A DNA stretch of 64,000 bases, taken from assembly GCA_963676835.2 (NCBI GenBank), contig CAXXFF010000002.1, positions 416,001-480,000 on the forward strand, written 5' to 3'. The stretch comes from Marispirochaeta sp. (GTDB lineage Bacteria > Spirochaetota > Spirochaetia > JC444 > Marispirochaetaceae). The translations under genes and the position numbers were made by a program. Shown here in pieces: positions 36,442 to 45,844 of this stretch. The notes beneath the pieces were generated by a model. The model was given only the letters and a program-made list of their open reading frames with translations. It ran no database searches and was not told the DNA's origin. Position 1 is the stretch's first letter; every line of letters starts with the position of its first letter.

Positions 36442-37986
36442 ATGAAAAAGAGATTATTTCCAACAGTCTATCTCGCGGCAACTATCCTCATCTCCGCATG
36501 CGGTCCCATGGAAAGTCAGAGCTCTCCGGAACCGGATCTGGCATTTCTTACCAGCACGTTCACCTTTAGCGAGCCTGTAAGCAAAGGAACCGTCTTCTAT
36601 ATTGATCCTGACTCAGGGTCATCTGCTGCTGACGGCGGCAACGGCAGCAGTGAAACCCCCTGGAAGAGTCTCCAGCAGGTAATTGAAGAAGGTCTGGTGG
36701 AACATTATGCCTACAGCGAATCCTACAATACAGATTCCGCTCTAATTGTTCAGAATGAAGGGGCTCCGGTAAAAGGGGGCGATACCCTGCTGTTAAAGGA
36801 GGGCTACCACGGACATATTGATCTCAACCGGTTTATTTTCAGGGACTGGCTCACCATAAAAGGTGCCTCCGGAGAGACAGCAATCCTTTCACGTATCAAC
36901 CTGAATGGAGCCATACGCAAAATATACCTAACGGATTTCTCCATTATCAAGGAGAGCTATACCCTTAATGAAAGCCCGGGAGAAAACTACTGGGAGGTAA
37001 GCGGAATTAATGGCAGCGGACTGTATCTCGGCACCAGCAGCTTCTGGGGTGACTGCCGGGAAATCAAGGTCAGAAACCTGACTATAAAAACCGCCGAAGA
37101 CAGTTCAGGCTGGTCGGCGACCGACTGGGCCAGCCGGGCAGGCGGCGGGATCGGGCTGCGCAGTACCCGCAATGTGGAAATCGCCGACTGCACCATAGAG
37201 AATGTGGGCATGGGAATTTCCATTGAATATCACTCGGACTACACCTGGTGCGTAAATAACAGTATAAATAACTACAGTGTCGACGGAGCCAGGATAATCA
37301 GTGACCACGTCTATTTCGCGGATAATATAATAACCAACTGCTATGACGTGGACGATAATCACGACGACGGCATTCAAAGCTACTCCCGGGGCAGTGACAA
37401 TTCAGTCGGCACCGGCTACATAGAACATGTGCTGATCCGTGGCAATACGATTATCGATTCCACCGACCCCTCAAATACACTGGCCGGAAGTCCTCAGGGC
37501 ATCGGCTGCTTTGACGGATTCTTCCGCTTCTGGAGGGTGGAAAACAACATGATTGTCTCAAACACCTATCATGGGATCTCTCTCTACGGCGCTGTCGGCT
37601 GCGAGATACTGAATAATACCGTGGTGGACAGTAATCCTTCAGACACGGTCAGCCCCTGGATAATGATTCACGATCATAAAAATGGTACCGCCAGTGCCGG
37701 ATGCCGGGTAGCAAACAACATTGCTGCCAGCAGCATCAGCGCTGATGCCAACCAGACAGTTCATAATAATTTTGTTATTAATAGTTCAGATATATCCATG
37801 GAAGATCTGTTTATCGATCCCTCCCCCCAGAACCTGGACTATAACTTCCATTTGATAGACACCCAGCAGGTGCAGGATAATCTGGTCGATAAAGGCTATG
37901 CAGTTCCCAACTGCTATTCCGCCGTAAGGGATCTTGATGGAAACCTGCGAACAGGATCCCCGGATATCGGCGCTTACGAGCTGTAG
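36442..37986 (+). CDS. Right-handed beta-helix (pectin-lyase-like) lipoprotein
   Basis: Lipobox ISAC; GNGSSETPWKSLQ, GGDTLLLKEG, HDDGIQ, Asn ladders, C-terminal DLDGNLR..PDIGAYE. Confidence 0.8.
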   Translation: MKKRLFPTVYLAATILISACGPMESQSSPEPDLAFLTSTFTFSEPVSKGTVFYIDPDSGSSAADGGNGSSETPWKSLQQVIEEGLVEHYAYSESYNTDSALIVQNEGAPVKGGDTLLLKEGYHGHIDLNRFIFRDWLTIKGASGETAILSRINLNGAIRKIYLTDFSIIKESYTLNESPGENYWEVSGINGSGLYLGTSSFWGDCREIKVRNLTIKTAEDSSGWSATDWASRAGGGIGLRSTRNVEIADCTIENVGMGISIEYHSDYTWCVNNSINNYSVDGARIISDHVYFADNIITNCYDVDDNHDDGIQSYSRGSDNSVGTGYIEHVLIRGNTIIDSTDPSNTLAGSPQGIGCFDGFFRFWRVENNMIVSNTYHGISLYGAVGCEILNNTVVDSNPSDTVSPWIMIHDHKNGTASAGCRVANNIAASSISADANQTVHNNFVINSSDISMEDLFIDPSPQNLDYNFHLIDTQQVQDNLVDKGYAVPNCYSAVRDLDGNLRTGSPDIGAYEL

Positions 37987-37992
37987 GCCCGG

Positions 37993-38967
37993 CTATTCGA
38001 AGTACTCAAAGGCATCAATAATATCCAGGTACACACCGTCAAAACCGGCAGCGAGGATTTTATCCAGATACCCGCTGCTTGAGCCGAATATCACACCCTG
38101 CCAGTCAGAATCCCAGTATTTGACCTTATAGTTTCCCGGCCAGTCGGGATTCTCCCCGGCAAGCCAGTCCGGAGGAGTGCTGTTCCAGCTGCTCTGCCAG
38201 TAGTAGCGGTAGTCCTCGGCCTCTCCAATACTCATGTAGGCGATAACCAGCCTGCTTCCGCCGCTGCCTTTTGTTCCAAGGGCATTAACCTGACTGCTGG
38301 TCAGAATCGTACCGTCATAAAACGCATCTATAATAAGTACATCATAGTCGGTTGCCCCGAGGGCTGAAATATAGTCATCAACCGAGCTATATCCTTCAAG
38401 GTTCAGCAGGTAGAGAAAATTCTTTGCCTGAGTCAAGTCAGAAATATTATCGGTATGGATTCCGTAGGGAACAGCTCCCGGGATGGTGTTCAACTCACGG
38501 TCGAGTGCTGCAAAACTGATGTATCCCCGGCTGTTATTCTGTAAATAAGAATCACTGACCTTTGCAGAAGTCCAGCAGTAATCAGTGGTCAGAACAGCAA
38601 GTCCTTCGCTTTCGGCCCGGTCGGTAAATCCGAGCATATAATCCCGTTCACCAGCAGGGGTAGCCTCATCATCGTTGTCATACCCGTAGAAAAGATCCTC
38701 CCTGCCGATGCCGTCGATTGATGCAATATATTCAGAGGCTGCCGGACCATCAGACTCGCCATTCTCGGTCAGGATCTCCTGACCATTCTGGGGAATCACG
38801 ATAAATCCTGACGATACTGCTTCTGCATAAGCACTGATGCTCTGTACAAACTCCCGCATCTCCTGCCGGTAATACGGGTCATAGTCCGAATCAGGACTTG
38901 AGGTGCACGAAATAATTAAAGCAGCCAGTAGAATACTGAAAACAGGAGATAATTTTCTCATACGCAT
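37993..38967 (-). CDS. GH114 / endo-alpha-1,4-polygalactosaminidase-like lipoprotein
   Basis: Lipobox IISC; VIPQNG, DGIGREDLFY, AYMSIGEAEDYRYYW, GFDGVYLD. Confidence 0.85.
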   Translation of the reverse strand: MRMRKLSPVFSILLAALIISCTSSPDSDYDPYYRQEMREFVQSISAYAEAVSSGFIVIPQNGQEILTENGESDGPAASEYIASIDGIGREDLFYGYDNDDEATPAGERDYMLGFTDRAESEGLAVLTTDYCWTSAKVSDSYLQNNSRGYISFAALDRELNTIPGAVPYGIHTDNISDLTQAKNFLYLLNLEGYSSVDDYISALGATDYDVLIIDAFYDGTILTSSQVNALGTKGSGGSRLVIAYMSIGEAEDYRYYWQSSWNSTPPDWLAGENPDWPGNYKVKYWDSDWQGVIFGSSSGYLDKILAAGFDGVYLDIIDAFEYFE

Positions 38968-39091
38968 AAAATATCCCCCGTGCCCGCCATATTCCAGAAA
39001 AACCGGGAGCGGCTCATTTTGAACACCACTATCTGTTACATTTTATTACATTATAATTGACATTATGTAATATTAATTCAATAGTATCTTT

Positions 39092-39556
39092 ATGAGTTCA
39101 AGAATGAATCAGTTTCTTACCGTAGAGGCCGCTGCAGAATTACTGCAGGTACATACCCGGACCGTTCGCCGCTACATAAAGGAAGGCCGGCTGAAGGCAG
39201 CTAAATCCGGCGGCCAGTGGCGCATCATACTGCAGGACCTGATGGATTTTATGGGGATACACGATCCCGCCGAGCTTGCCAACCGTACTGTAAGCAATCC
39301 GGAAGAGACAACATATGACCACATTGAGAATACAAAAATCAGGGTATCCGCCGTTGTAGAGGTAGACGTTTCTTCCAGAGAAGAAGCCCTGCGTCTATCC
39401 AGTACTGTTACTGCAGCCATGATAAGCAGGGAGAGAGACTCCGAAGCCCGCTGTGACTACCAGTTTATGGAAGAGACCGGCATGGCGCGGTTCCTGATCT
39501 GGGGCAGCCCTCGCTTTGTTTCCGCAATGGTGTACGCCTTTGATGCCCTTTTTTAA
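39092..39556 (+). CDS. Excisionase-like HTH (HTH_17) DNA-binding protein
   Basis: LTVEAAAELLQVHTRTVRRYIKEGRLKAAKSGGQWRI plus a ~90-aa C-terminal domain. Confidence 0.85.
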   Translation: MSSRMNQFLTVEAAAELLQVHTRTVRRYIKEGRLKAAKSGGQWRIILQDLMDFMGIHDPAELANRTVSNPEETTYDHIENTKIRVSAVVEVDVSSREEALRLSSTVTAAMISRERDSEARCDYQFMEETGMARFLIWGSPRFVSAMVYAFDALF

Positions 39557-39630
39557 CTGCACAAAATACCTCTCTTGAGGAACCTGAAAGATTCGGGGAA
39601 AACTTCCTCACAATCAAAAAGGAGAAACAA

Positions 39631-40488
39631 ATGCAGGGGACAAGTTACTTTAAAAACAGTAAATACAGGGAACTTATCCAGAGCCAGGAACGGGAGCTTA
39701 TTTCACGGTGGCCGGTACCGGTAAAGGAACACTGTATCGATACATGTCTGGGAACAACAGTTGTGTTCGAATGCGGGCACAATAGTCTGCCTCCTGTTCT
39801 GCTGCTTCACGGTTCAGGGTCAAACTCCTCCGCCTGGACCGGCGAAATCTCCCTCTATCGAAATCGATTTCATCTGTTTGCAGCCGACATCCCCGGCGAT
39901 CCGGGCCTAAGCAGTGAACATCGGGGAGATCTTTCAGGAGCCGATTATATTGAGTGGGTAACCGAGATTCTCGACAATCTGAAGCTGTCACGGGTATCCC
40001 TTGCGGGGGTAAGTCTCGGAGGCTGGCTTTCTGCAAAATGGGCCGCAGCCAACCCGGAAAGAACCGATTCTCTCATGCTTGTTTCTGCCAGCGGATTTGC
40101 TCAGCCCAGATATTCTTTCCTTTTCAAACTTATTGCCTATGCATTCATGGGAGACTTCGGCCTGAGACGGCTGCAGCAGAAGCTGTTTAACAGCAGAGAG
40201 ATTGATCCGGAAGTAGAAAACTGGTTCAGAATTATGGCAAAGGGCTACACACCCCGGAGGGAAGTTCCCCCATTATTAACAGACAGTGAGTTATCCGCCC
40301 TTAGCATGACGGTAACCTGTATTGGCGGCGGTGCGGATGTAATGCTCAATATCCCGGCTTCGATGGACAGGCTGAAATCCCTGATTCCCCATGTACGGTG
40401 CATAACAGTTAAGGATCAGGGCCATGCGCTGCTGAATCCAGTGAAGTATATTTTCTCTCCGGCGGAAGTCGAAGTGGACGCTTCATGA
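39631..40488 (+). CDS. Alpha/beta hydrolase
   Basis: LLLHGSG, D.PG.PG.S, GVSLGG nucleophile elbow, C-terminal GH. Confidence 0.9.
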   Translation: MQGTSYFKNSKYRELIQSQERELISRWPVPVKEHCIDTCLGTTVVFECGHNSLPPVLLLHGSGSNSSAWTGEISLYRNRFHLFAADIPGDPGLSSEHRGDLSGADYIEWVTEILDNLKLSRVSLAGVSLGGWLSAKWAAANPERTDSLMLVSASGFAQPRYSFLFKLIAYAFMGDFGLRRLQQKLFNSREIDPEVENWFRIMAKGYTPRREVPPLLTDSELSALSMTVTCIGGGADVMLNIPASMDRLKSLIPHVRCITVKDQGHALLNPVKYIFSPAEVEVDAS

Positions 40489-40524
40489 TATACTGACAGA
40501 GTAAACCAGAACCAAGGATCTTCC

Positions 40525-41679
40525 GTGTCAGCAAACGATCTTGAATCCCGCACTGTCCATTTTATGAAAAGCCTCGGCTTTCCCCGGCTGCAGGTACACC
40601 ATGCCAATAACCATTTCGATTTTACCCAGGGGGGACGGAGGATTCTGGTAATCGGCCCCATGGGTTCCGGGAAAACCGAGTACTCATCCAGAGTATGGCG
40701 GGATGCTGCAGTAGCACGGCAGAAATCTGAAAAAATTGCGGCCCGGACAACCTGCGGCCGGGCAGACCGCAGAAATGTGTTCTTCATCCGCTCATCACTG
40801 GATAAACTGCGCTTCCCCGACTATCCCGAGGATGCCCTTGCTCATCGTGGCGGATTTGAGCGCTGCGGCGAGAACATCTGCTATATCTCCAACTCCTTCG
40901 AGCTTGAACAGACCATAGCAGACCATCCCGAAGCCGGTACCTGGATAATCGACGAAGCAAGCTTCTATGATGAACGCATCGCTTATGTAGTAAAGGAAGC
41001 CAGCCAGCGGAATGATCTTATATTCATTTTTCCAACCCTTGTGCTTAACTTCCGCCGGGATATTTTTAATCAAACCACCCGCTTTCTGCTGGATAACTGT
41101 ACCGATATCTTTCCCCTTACAGCCTACTGCGAGCATGCAGACTGCATTGAAGACTCTTTCTACACCTACCGCTATTACCGGGTAGACGGAGAAGAATGCC
41201 CGGCCCTTTACTTTGACCCATTGATCGTTATCGGGGGCGACACAACAAAAGATGACCCCAAGCAGCCCAACTACTGTACACGCTGCGATGAACATCACTA
41301 TCTGCCGGGAAAGGAGTATACCTACCTGGTGCTTAAACCCCTGGGAGAAGAAGCATCCCGGGGAGAGGTGTCTGCCCTGAGGAAGGAGCTGAGACACCTG
41401 AAAGACTCCATCGAAGAATCCCTCCTGTACAACAACCTGAAAGAACTTTTTCTGGAAAGCGACGATCCCCAACCGGTCAACATGAACTCCCTGAAAGTAC
41501 CCTGCATAGCCGAGAAAGCCCTGATGTTCCTCTTCGCCGAGCAGAATCTTATCTCCGAGGACCAGATGCGGCAGCTTACCGAGGAGCTGGAACTGGACCG
41601 GGACTATATGCGCAGTACCCTGACGGATAACGGACGCCCCCTGGATCTGGGCCAATACACTCTGGAGTTCCAGCAGTAG
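40525..41679 (+). CDS. tdk: Thymidine kinase (long, spirochaete type)
   Basis: GPMGSGKTE P-loop, IDEA, LNFRR..F, LTAYC..C, IGG..Y..RC..H. Confidence 0.85.
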   Translation: MSANDLESRTVHFMKSLGFPRLQVHHANNHFDFTQGGRRILVIGPMGSGKTEYSSRVWRDAAVARQKSEKIAARTTCGRADRRNVFFIRSSLDKLRFPDYPEDALAHRGGFERCGENICYISNSFELEQTIADHPEAGTWIIDEASFYDERIAYVVKEASQRNDLIFIFPTLVLNFRRDIFNQTTRFLLDNCTDIFPLTAYCEHADCIEDSFYTYRYYRVDGEECPALYFDPLIVIGGDTTKDDPKQPNYCTRCDEHHYLPGKEYTYLVLKPLGEEASRGEVSALRKELRHLKDSIEESLLYNNLKELFLESDDPQPVNMNSLKVPCIAEKALMFLFAEQNLISEDQMRQLTEELELDRDYMRSTLTDNGRPLDLGQYTLEFQQ

Positions 41680-42081
41680 TATCCGGACCAATCCCCTATT
41701 TTTTACCTAATCTGACAGCAACATAAAATCAACAAGGCATTTTCCTCGTACCTCGAATATGAGGAAGCACAAAAAATGACATTGTATAAAGACAAATACC
41801 GCATAGAAACCGCCCGGAAACCATGCTGGGACTATTCATCCCCCGGCGGCTACTTCATTACCATCTGTACAAAAAACCGAATTAAATATTTTGGAAAAAT
41901 CAAAAACAGAAAAATGATCTTATCAACAGCCGGAGAAATTGCCGAAAGAGCATGGCAGGAAATTCCAGATCATTTCCAGAATATTTTAATCGATCAATTC
42001 ATCATCATGCCCGATCACATCCATGGAATCTTAATAATATCCCCCCAAATCTTTAAATCCACAGCACCCCTCAATCCCCCG

Positions 42082-42110
42082 GTACAGACGCCCAAGTTGG
42101 GCGTCTCCAC
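42082..42110. repeat. REP-like palindrome inside the transposase gene
   Basis: GTAC-AGACGCCCAA-G-TTGGGCGTCT-CCAC: 10-bp perfect inverted repeat with a GTAG-like 5' tetranucleotide. Confidence 0.7.
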
Positions 42111-42126
42111 TGATGGGATTTTATTT

Positions 42127-42324
42127 TCTGAGAGGAATCTTTCCACTGAGAGGAATCTTTCCACTGAGAGGAATCCTTCCACTGAGGGAAATCTTTCCAC
42201 TGAGGGAAATCTTTCCACTAAGGGAAATCTTTCCACTAAGGGAAATCTTTCCACTAAGGGAAATCTTTCCAATAAGGGAAATCTTTCCACTGAGAGAAAT
42301 CTATCCACTGAGAGGAATCCTTCC
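42127..42324 (+). repeat. In-frame 18-bp tandem repeat, 11 copies (T[EK][RG]N[LP]S)
   Basis: Unit approximately ACTGAGAGGAATCTTTCC; counted by hand. Confidence 0.95.
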
Positions 42325-42758
42325 ACAAAGAAAAATTCTCCCAAAAACTGGAATCCCGGATCAATTGGAATAGCAATTAATCAATTCAAGAGGATCTGCA
42401 CAATCAATATCAGAAAAACCATCCCCGATTTTGGATGGCAAACCCGATTTCATGATCACATTATCCGGGATATGGATGCATTCAATCGAATTCGCAACTA
42501 CATTTACTACAATCCTCAAAACTGGAATAAAAAGCGGTACAGGAAAAAATCATAGTAGCCACACAGTTAACCATTACCAGAAATTCCGCTTCTCACCTGC
42601 AGCTTTATCCCGCGTAATAATTCCAGAGAGAATCTTCTGAAAATTTTCTGCTCATCAACAGAACAGTATTTTTGCCAAGCAGTTAAGAGCATCTTAAATA
42701 CAGGTTGAGACTGCACGGCAAATATGGCATGCTGAGCCTGCTAAATCCGGAGGATTAT

Positions 42759-43508
42759 ATGAAGTATGAATTGAAAAAGCTGAGTTTCGGAGAAATTCTC
42801 GGCCAGTCATTTAACCTGTACCTGGAAAATTTCCCCCTGTTGTTTGTCATTGCACTCATTTCTGCCGCAGCTTCATACCTGCCAGCAATAGTTGTTCTGT
42901 TCACATTCGGTGGTCCAACAGAATTTTCACCTGTTTTTTCTGTTCTTCTGACACTTTTATTCACTATTCCAGCTACTGCAGTCATCTACGCACTATATAT
43001 TGAAATTTTATCACGACTTTACCTTGAGAAGCCAATTGTATGGAATAAAATCAGAGGAAGACTAACAAAACTAATTATTCCTATTATTCTCCTTACAATT
43101 GTTGTTTCCATACTGGCTGGACTTGCTGCCCTGCTGCTGGTAATCCCTGGCATAATTGTATGGATGAATTATTCACTGGCAACTACAGTAATGGTTATTG
43201 AAGATGCCTCAATTTCCGACTCCATGAAACGAAGTAAATACCTGATAAAAGGGAGCCGGTGGAAAATGTTTGGTTTAATTATTATCGTTTCCATCGTGGG
43301 ACAACTACTAAGTGGACTCGCATCTTACATACCGACTTTCAGCTCAATAATAGTCAGCTCCATAATTACCATCATTTTCAACGCCATAGCCACACCCTTC
43401 AGCCTGTTTATCTATGTGCTGATGTATTTCAATTGCAGGATCGAGAAAGAGGGCTTTGCCCTGGAGCACCTGGCAGAGGCATTTGCTCTGGAATCAGATA
43501 ATCCGTGA
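42759..43508 (+). CDS. Hypothetical membrane protein, first gene of the MoxR operon
   Basis: LSFGEILGQSFNLY..IPGII..SMKRSKYL.KG..WK..Y...RIEKEG; GGAGG RBS. Confidence 0.7.
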   Translation: MKYELKKLSFGEILGQSFNLYLENFPLLFVIALISAAASYLPAIVVLFTFGGPTEFSPVFSVLLTLLFTIPATAVIYALYIEILSRLYLEKPIVWNKIRGRLTKLIIPIILLTIVVSILAGLAALLLVIPGIIVWMNYSLATTVMVIEDASISDSMKRSKYLIKGSRWKMFGLIIIVSIVGQLLSGLASYIPTFSSIIVSSIITIIFNAIATPFSLFIYVLMYFNCRIEKEGFALEHLAEAFALESDNP

Positions 43509-44269
43509 CAATTACCATCGAGAGCCCGGAAAAGATCTCCTTTACCTACGAAACAGCCCCGATAGGCACCCGCATTGGGGGATTTATCATAGATCTTATT
43601 GTTCAGGCTCTTGTTATTATTCTTGCTGCATTGCTCATCGGCTCTTTTCTTATTGCCGATTTCAGCAGTTCCAATGGCTTCTACGGATTGTTATCATTCT
43701 TTTTCATCTTAAGCTTTTCCGTTCAATGGGGGTATTTCGTCTTTTTTGAATCCCTGATGAACGGACAGTCACCGGGGAAAAAACTTACAGGAATAACCGT
43801 AATCAGTGAAAATGGAGAGTTCCTCTCTTTTTCAAGCATCGCTTTAAGAAATCTCATCAGAGTGGTTGATTCCTTTCCGGTACCGGGTTTCCTCGGCGGT
43901 TTAATTGCCATGAAGGATAAAAAATCAAGACGCTTCGGCGACATCACCGCCGGAACCCTGGTAGTAAAGGTCTCAGATACCGTGATTACCGAACCGGATT
44001 TTACAACCTCTCTACGCCCGGAGAGTAATTCTGCTGATATAAATGCTCTTCTTAATAATAGTGGAAAAAAACTGAGCGAAAAAGATCTCTGGCTGATCCG
44101 CACCTTTCTAAATCAGAAATGGAGTCTGCCCGAGGGAAAGCGCCGTGAGGTGATCCAGAAATTCGCCGACGGTCTTCAGCGGAAAATCGGCCACGAAGGC
44201 ACCATAGGCGACCCGCTCACCTTTATAGAGACCGTTTACAGGAACAGCACTAATGAAAACCAAAAGTGA
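43505..44269 (+). CDS. RDD family protein
   Basis: A.IGTRIGGFIID, GQSPGKK, RNLIR.VD, RRFGDITAGTLVV. Confidence 0.9.
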   Translation: MTITIESPEKISFTYETAPIGTRIGGFIIDLIVQALVIILAALLIGSFLIADFSSSNGFYGLLSFFFILSFSVQWGYFVFFESLMNGQSPGKKLTGITVISENGEFLSFSSIALRNLIRVVDSFPVPGFLGGLIAMKDKKSRRFGDITAGTLVVKVSDTVITEPDFTTSLRPESNSADINALLNNSGKKLSEKDLWLIRTFLNQKWSLPEGKRREVIQKFADGLQRKIGHEGTIGDPLTFIETVYRNSTNENQK

Positions 44270-45230
44270 ACTGTTTGTTGAGACACGGATAGACCGGTGG
44301 AGAAGACTCCACAGCGTAATTAAACGTATCCCTTCCAGAAAACTGAGCAGGGACGAGATTCTGGAGTTTCCATCCCTCTATCGCCAATCCTGTGCAGACC
44401 TTGCTGAGTCACAAATGTATCAACTCTCTCCGGATGTTCTCGATTATCTTAACAGCCTGGTTGGCACAGCCCACCGGTACCTCTATACATTTCCACCTCT
44501 GAAGAAATCTGCATTTCACACCTTCTTTTCCGAGTATCTCCCGGGAATCGTCGGAAAGCACTATAAATTTGCAATAATCTCTGCACTCTTTTTTCTGATG
44601 CCCTTTTTTGCCGCCCTCATTGGCGTCCAGGCAACACCATCGATTGCAGGGAGCATCGTTTCCCCGGATGTACTGGAAGCCATGGAAGCAAACTATGCCG
44701 AAGGATTAAGCAGCGGACACACTGTCGGGGAAAGCTCCTTCGCCACCTCATTCTACATTCAGCATAATATTTCCATAGCCTTCTACAGCGTGGCTGCCGG
44801 AGTATTTATCGGCCTGGGAACTATCTATTTTCTTGTGTATAACGGACTCACCCTGGGCGCCATTATGGGATATGTCAGCGCCAGAGGATATTCTGCAAAC
44901 CTGATTGAGTTTATATGCGCCCATTCTGTCTTTGAAATAAGCGGCCTTATTATTGCCGGAGCTGCAGGACTGTTTCTCGGCTATACCATACTCAACGGCG
45001 GAAGAAAAAGCAGACAGGAAAGCCTCAAATCCCGCCAGGCGGATTTTCTCACACTGGTCTGCGCTGCTGCACTCCTTATTTTCACTGCGGCTTTCATTGA
45101 AGGGGGAGTCTCGCCCAGGCCGGATATTATCCCGCTTAAAATAGCCATTATTCTGACTTCCCTTTCGGTTATTATTGGCTATTTCATTATCTGGCCCGGA
45201 ATGAAGAAACAGAGGAAAAAGCCGGCATGA
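44253..45230 (+). CDS. SpoIIM (DUF95) family membrane protein
   Basis: LYR...DL, YLNSLV..AH, HNISIAF, NG..LG, H.VFE, AAFIEG. Confidence 0.88.
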   Translation: MKTKSELFVETRIDRWRRLHSVIKRIPSRKLSRDEILEFPSLYRQSCADLAESQMYQLSPDVLDYLNSLVGTAHRYLYTFPPLKKSAFHTFFSEYLPGIVGKHYKFAIISALFFLMPFFAALIGVQATPSIAGSIVSPDVLEAMEANYAEGLSSGHTVGESSFATSFYIQHNISIAFYSVAAGVFIGLGTIYFLVYNGLTLGAIMGYVSARGYSANLIEFICAHSVFEISGLIIAGAAGLFLGYTILNGGRKSRQESLKSRQADFLTLVCAAALLIFTAAFIEGGVSPRPDIIPLKIAIILTSLSVIIGYFIIWPGMKKQRKKPA

Positions 45231-45844
45231 GATTTCGCCGGATACTCGTTTTAACGCTCCTCATCCTGACAGGGCAATTCCACCTCTTCAGTACCCCTGA
45301 CAACAGTGATGTTGAAAGAGTACATTCCGAAATCCTCGACAATATGAATTCCGGGTTCAGTATTTCACTGCCGCGAATTGCACTGCCTGAAGCCATGGGT
45401 AAAGTTCTGTTTTACCTTATCATTGCAGCTGCAGGAATTTCACTGATACTACTGCTGAAAGGAGTGGTAAGCGGAGTTAATGTTGCCACGGAGTATGTTG
45501 ATTCGGGTGAACCGGGAAGCCGTATCGATATGGCCATTGATACATCCCTCCCCAGCAGTCACCTGCTGCGTCAATCAGCTGCCTTATCCGCCACAGACAG
45601 CAGCAAGGCAATTCTTTTACTCCACAAAGCGTCCATTGTGAGACTGGTTGAAGATGGAATTATTTTCAGAAAAGAAGAACTTACCAATTACGAGATAGCA
45701 GCAAGGCTTTCATCCAACCCGGGAAGAAAGTCCGCCTTCTCAAGCATTGCCCTGATGGCAGAACTGATTGTCTTCAAGCATGAAAGATTTGAACCCTCAG
45801 TCTATCATCAGCTCGCCGGGGATTACCGGAGGGAGTTCCCATGA
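45227..45844 (+). CDS. DUF4129-like protein
   Basis: Signal/TM segments, then AI..LH...L..TNYE..F; position in the conserved operon. Confidence 0.6.
   Translation: MRFRRILVLTLLILTGQFHLFSTPDNSDVERVHSEILDNMNSGFSISLPRIALPEAMGKVLFYLIIAAAGISLILLLKGVVSGVNVATEYVDSGEPGSRIDMAIDTSLPSSHLLRQSAALSATDSSKAILLLHKASIVRLVEDGIIFRKEELTNYEIAARLSSNPGRKSAFSSIALMAELIVFKHERFEPSVYHQLAGDYRREFP

Larger units (their letters stand above)
41776..42555 (+). mobile_element. REP-associated tyrosine transposase (RAYT / Y1 HUH family) gene with internal repeats
   Basis: DYSSPGGYFITICT, MPDHIHGI (HUH), INQFK, WQTRFHDHIIR, IRNYIYYNP (catalytic Tyr); AT-rich relative to flanks. Confidence 0.88.

Noticed and set aside
39092..39556. 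Prophage or ICE implied by the excisionase-like HTH
   Set aside because: No integrase, att site or phage genes nearby.
42127..42324. 18-bp array as a CRISPR array
   Set aside because: Head-to-tail units with no unique spacers, in frame inside a CDS, and no cas genes.
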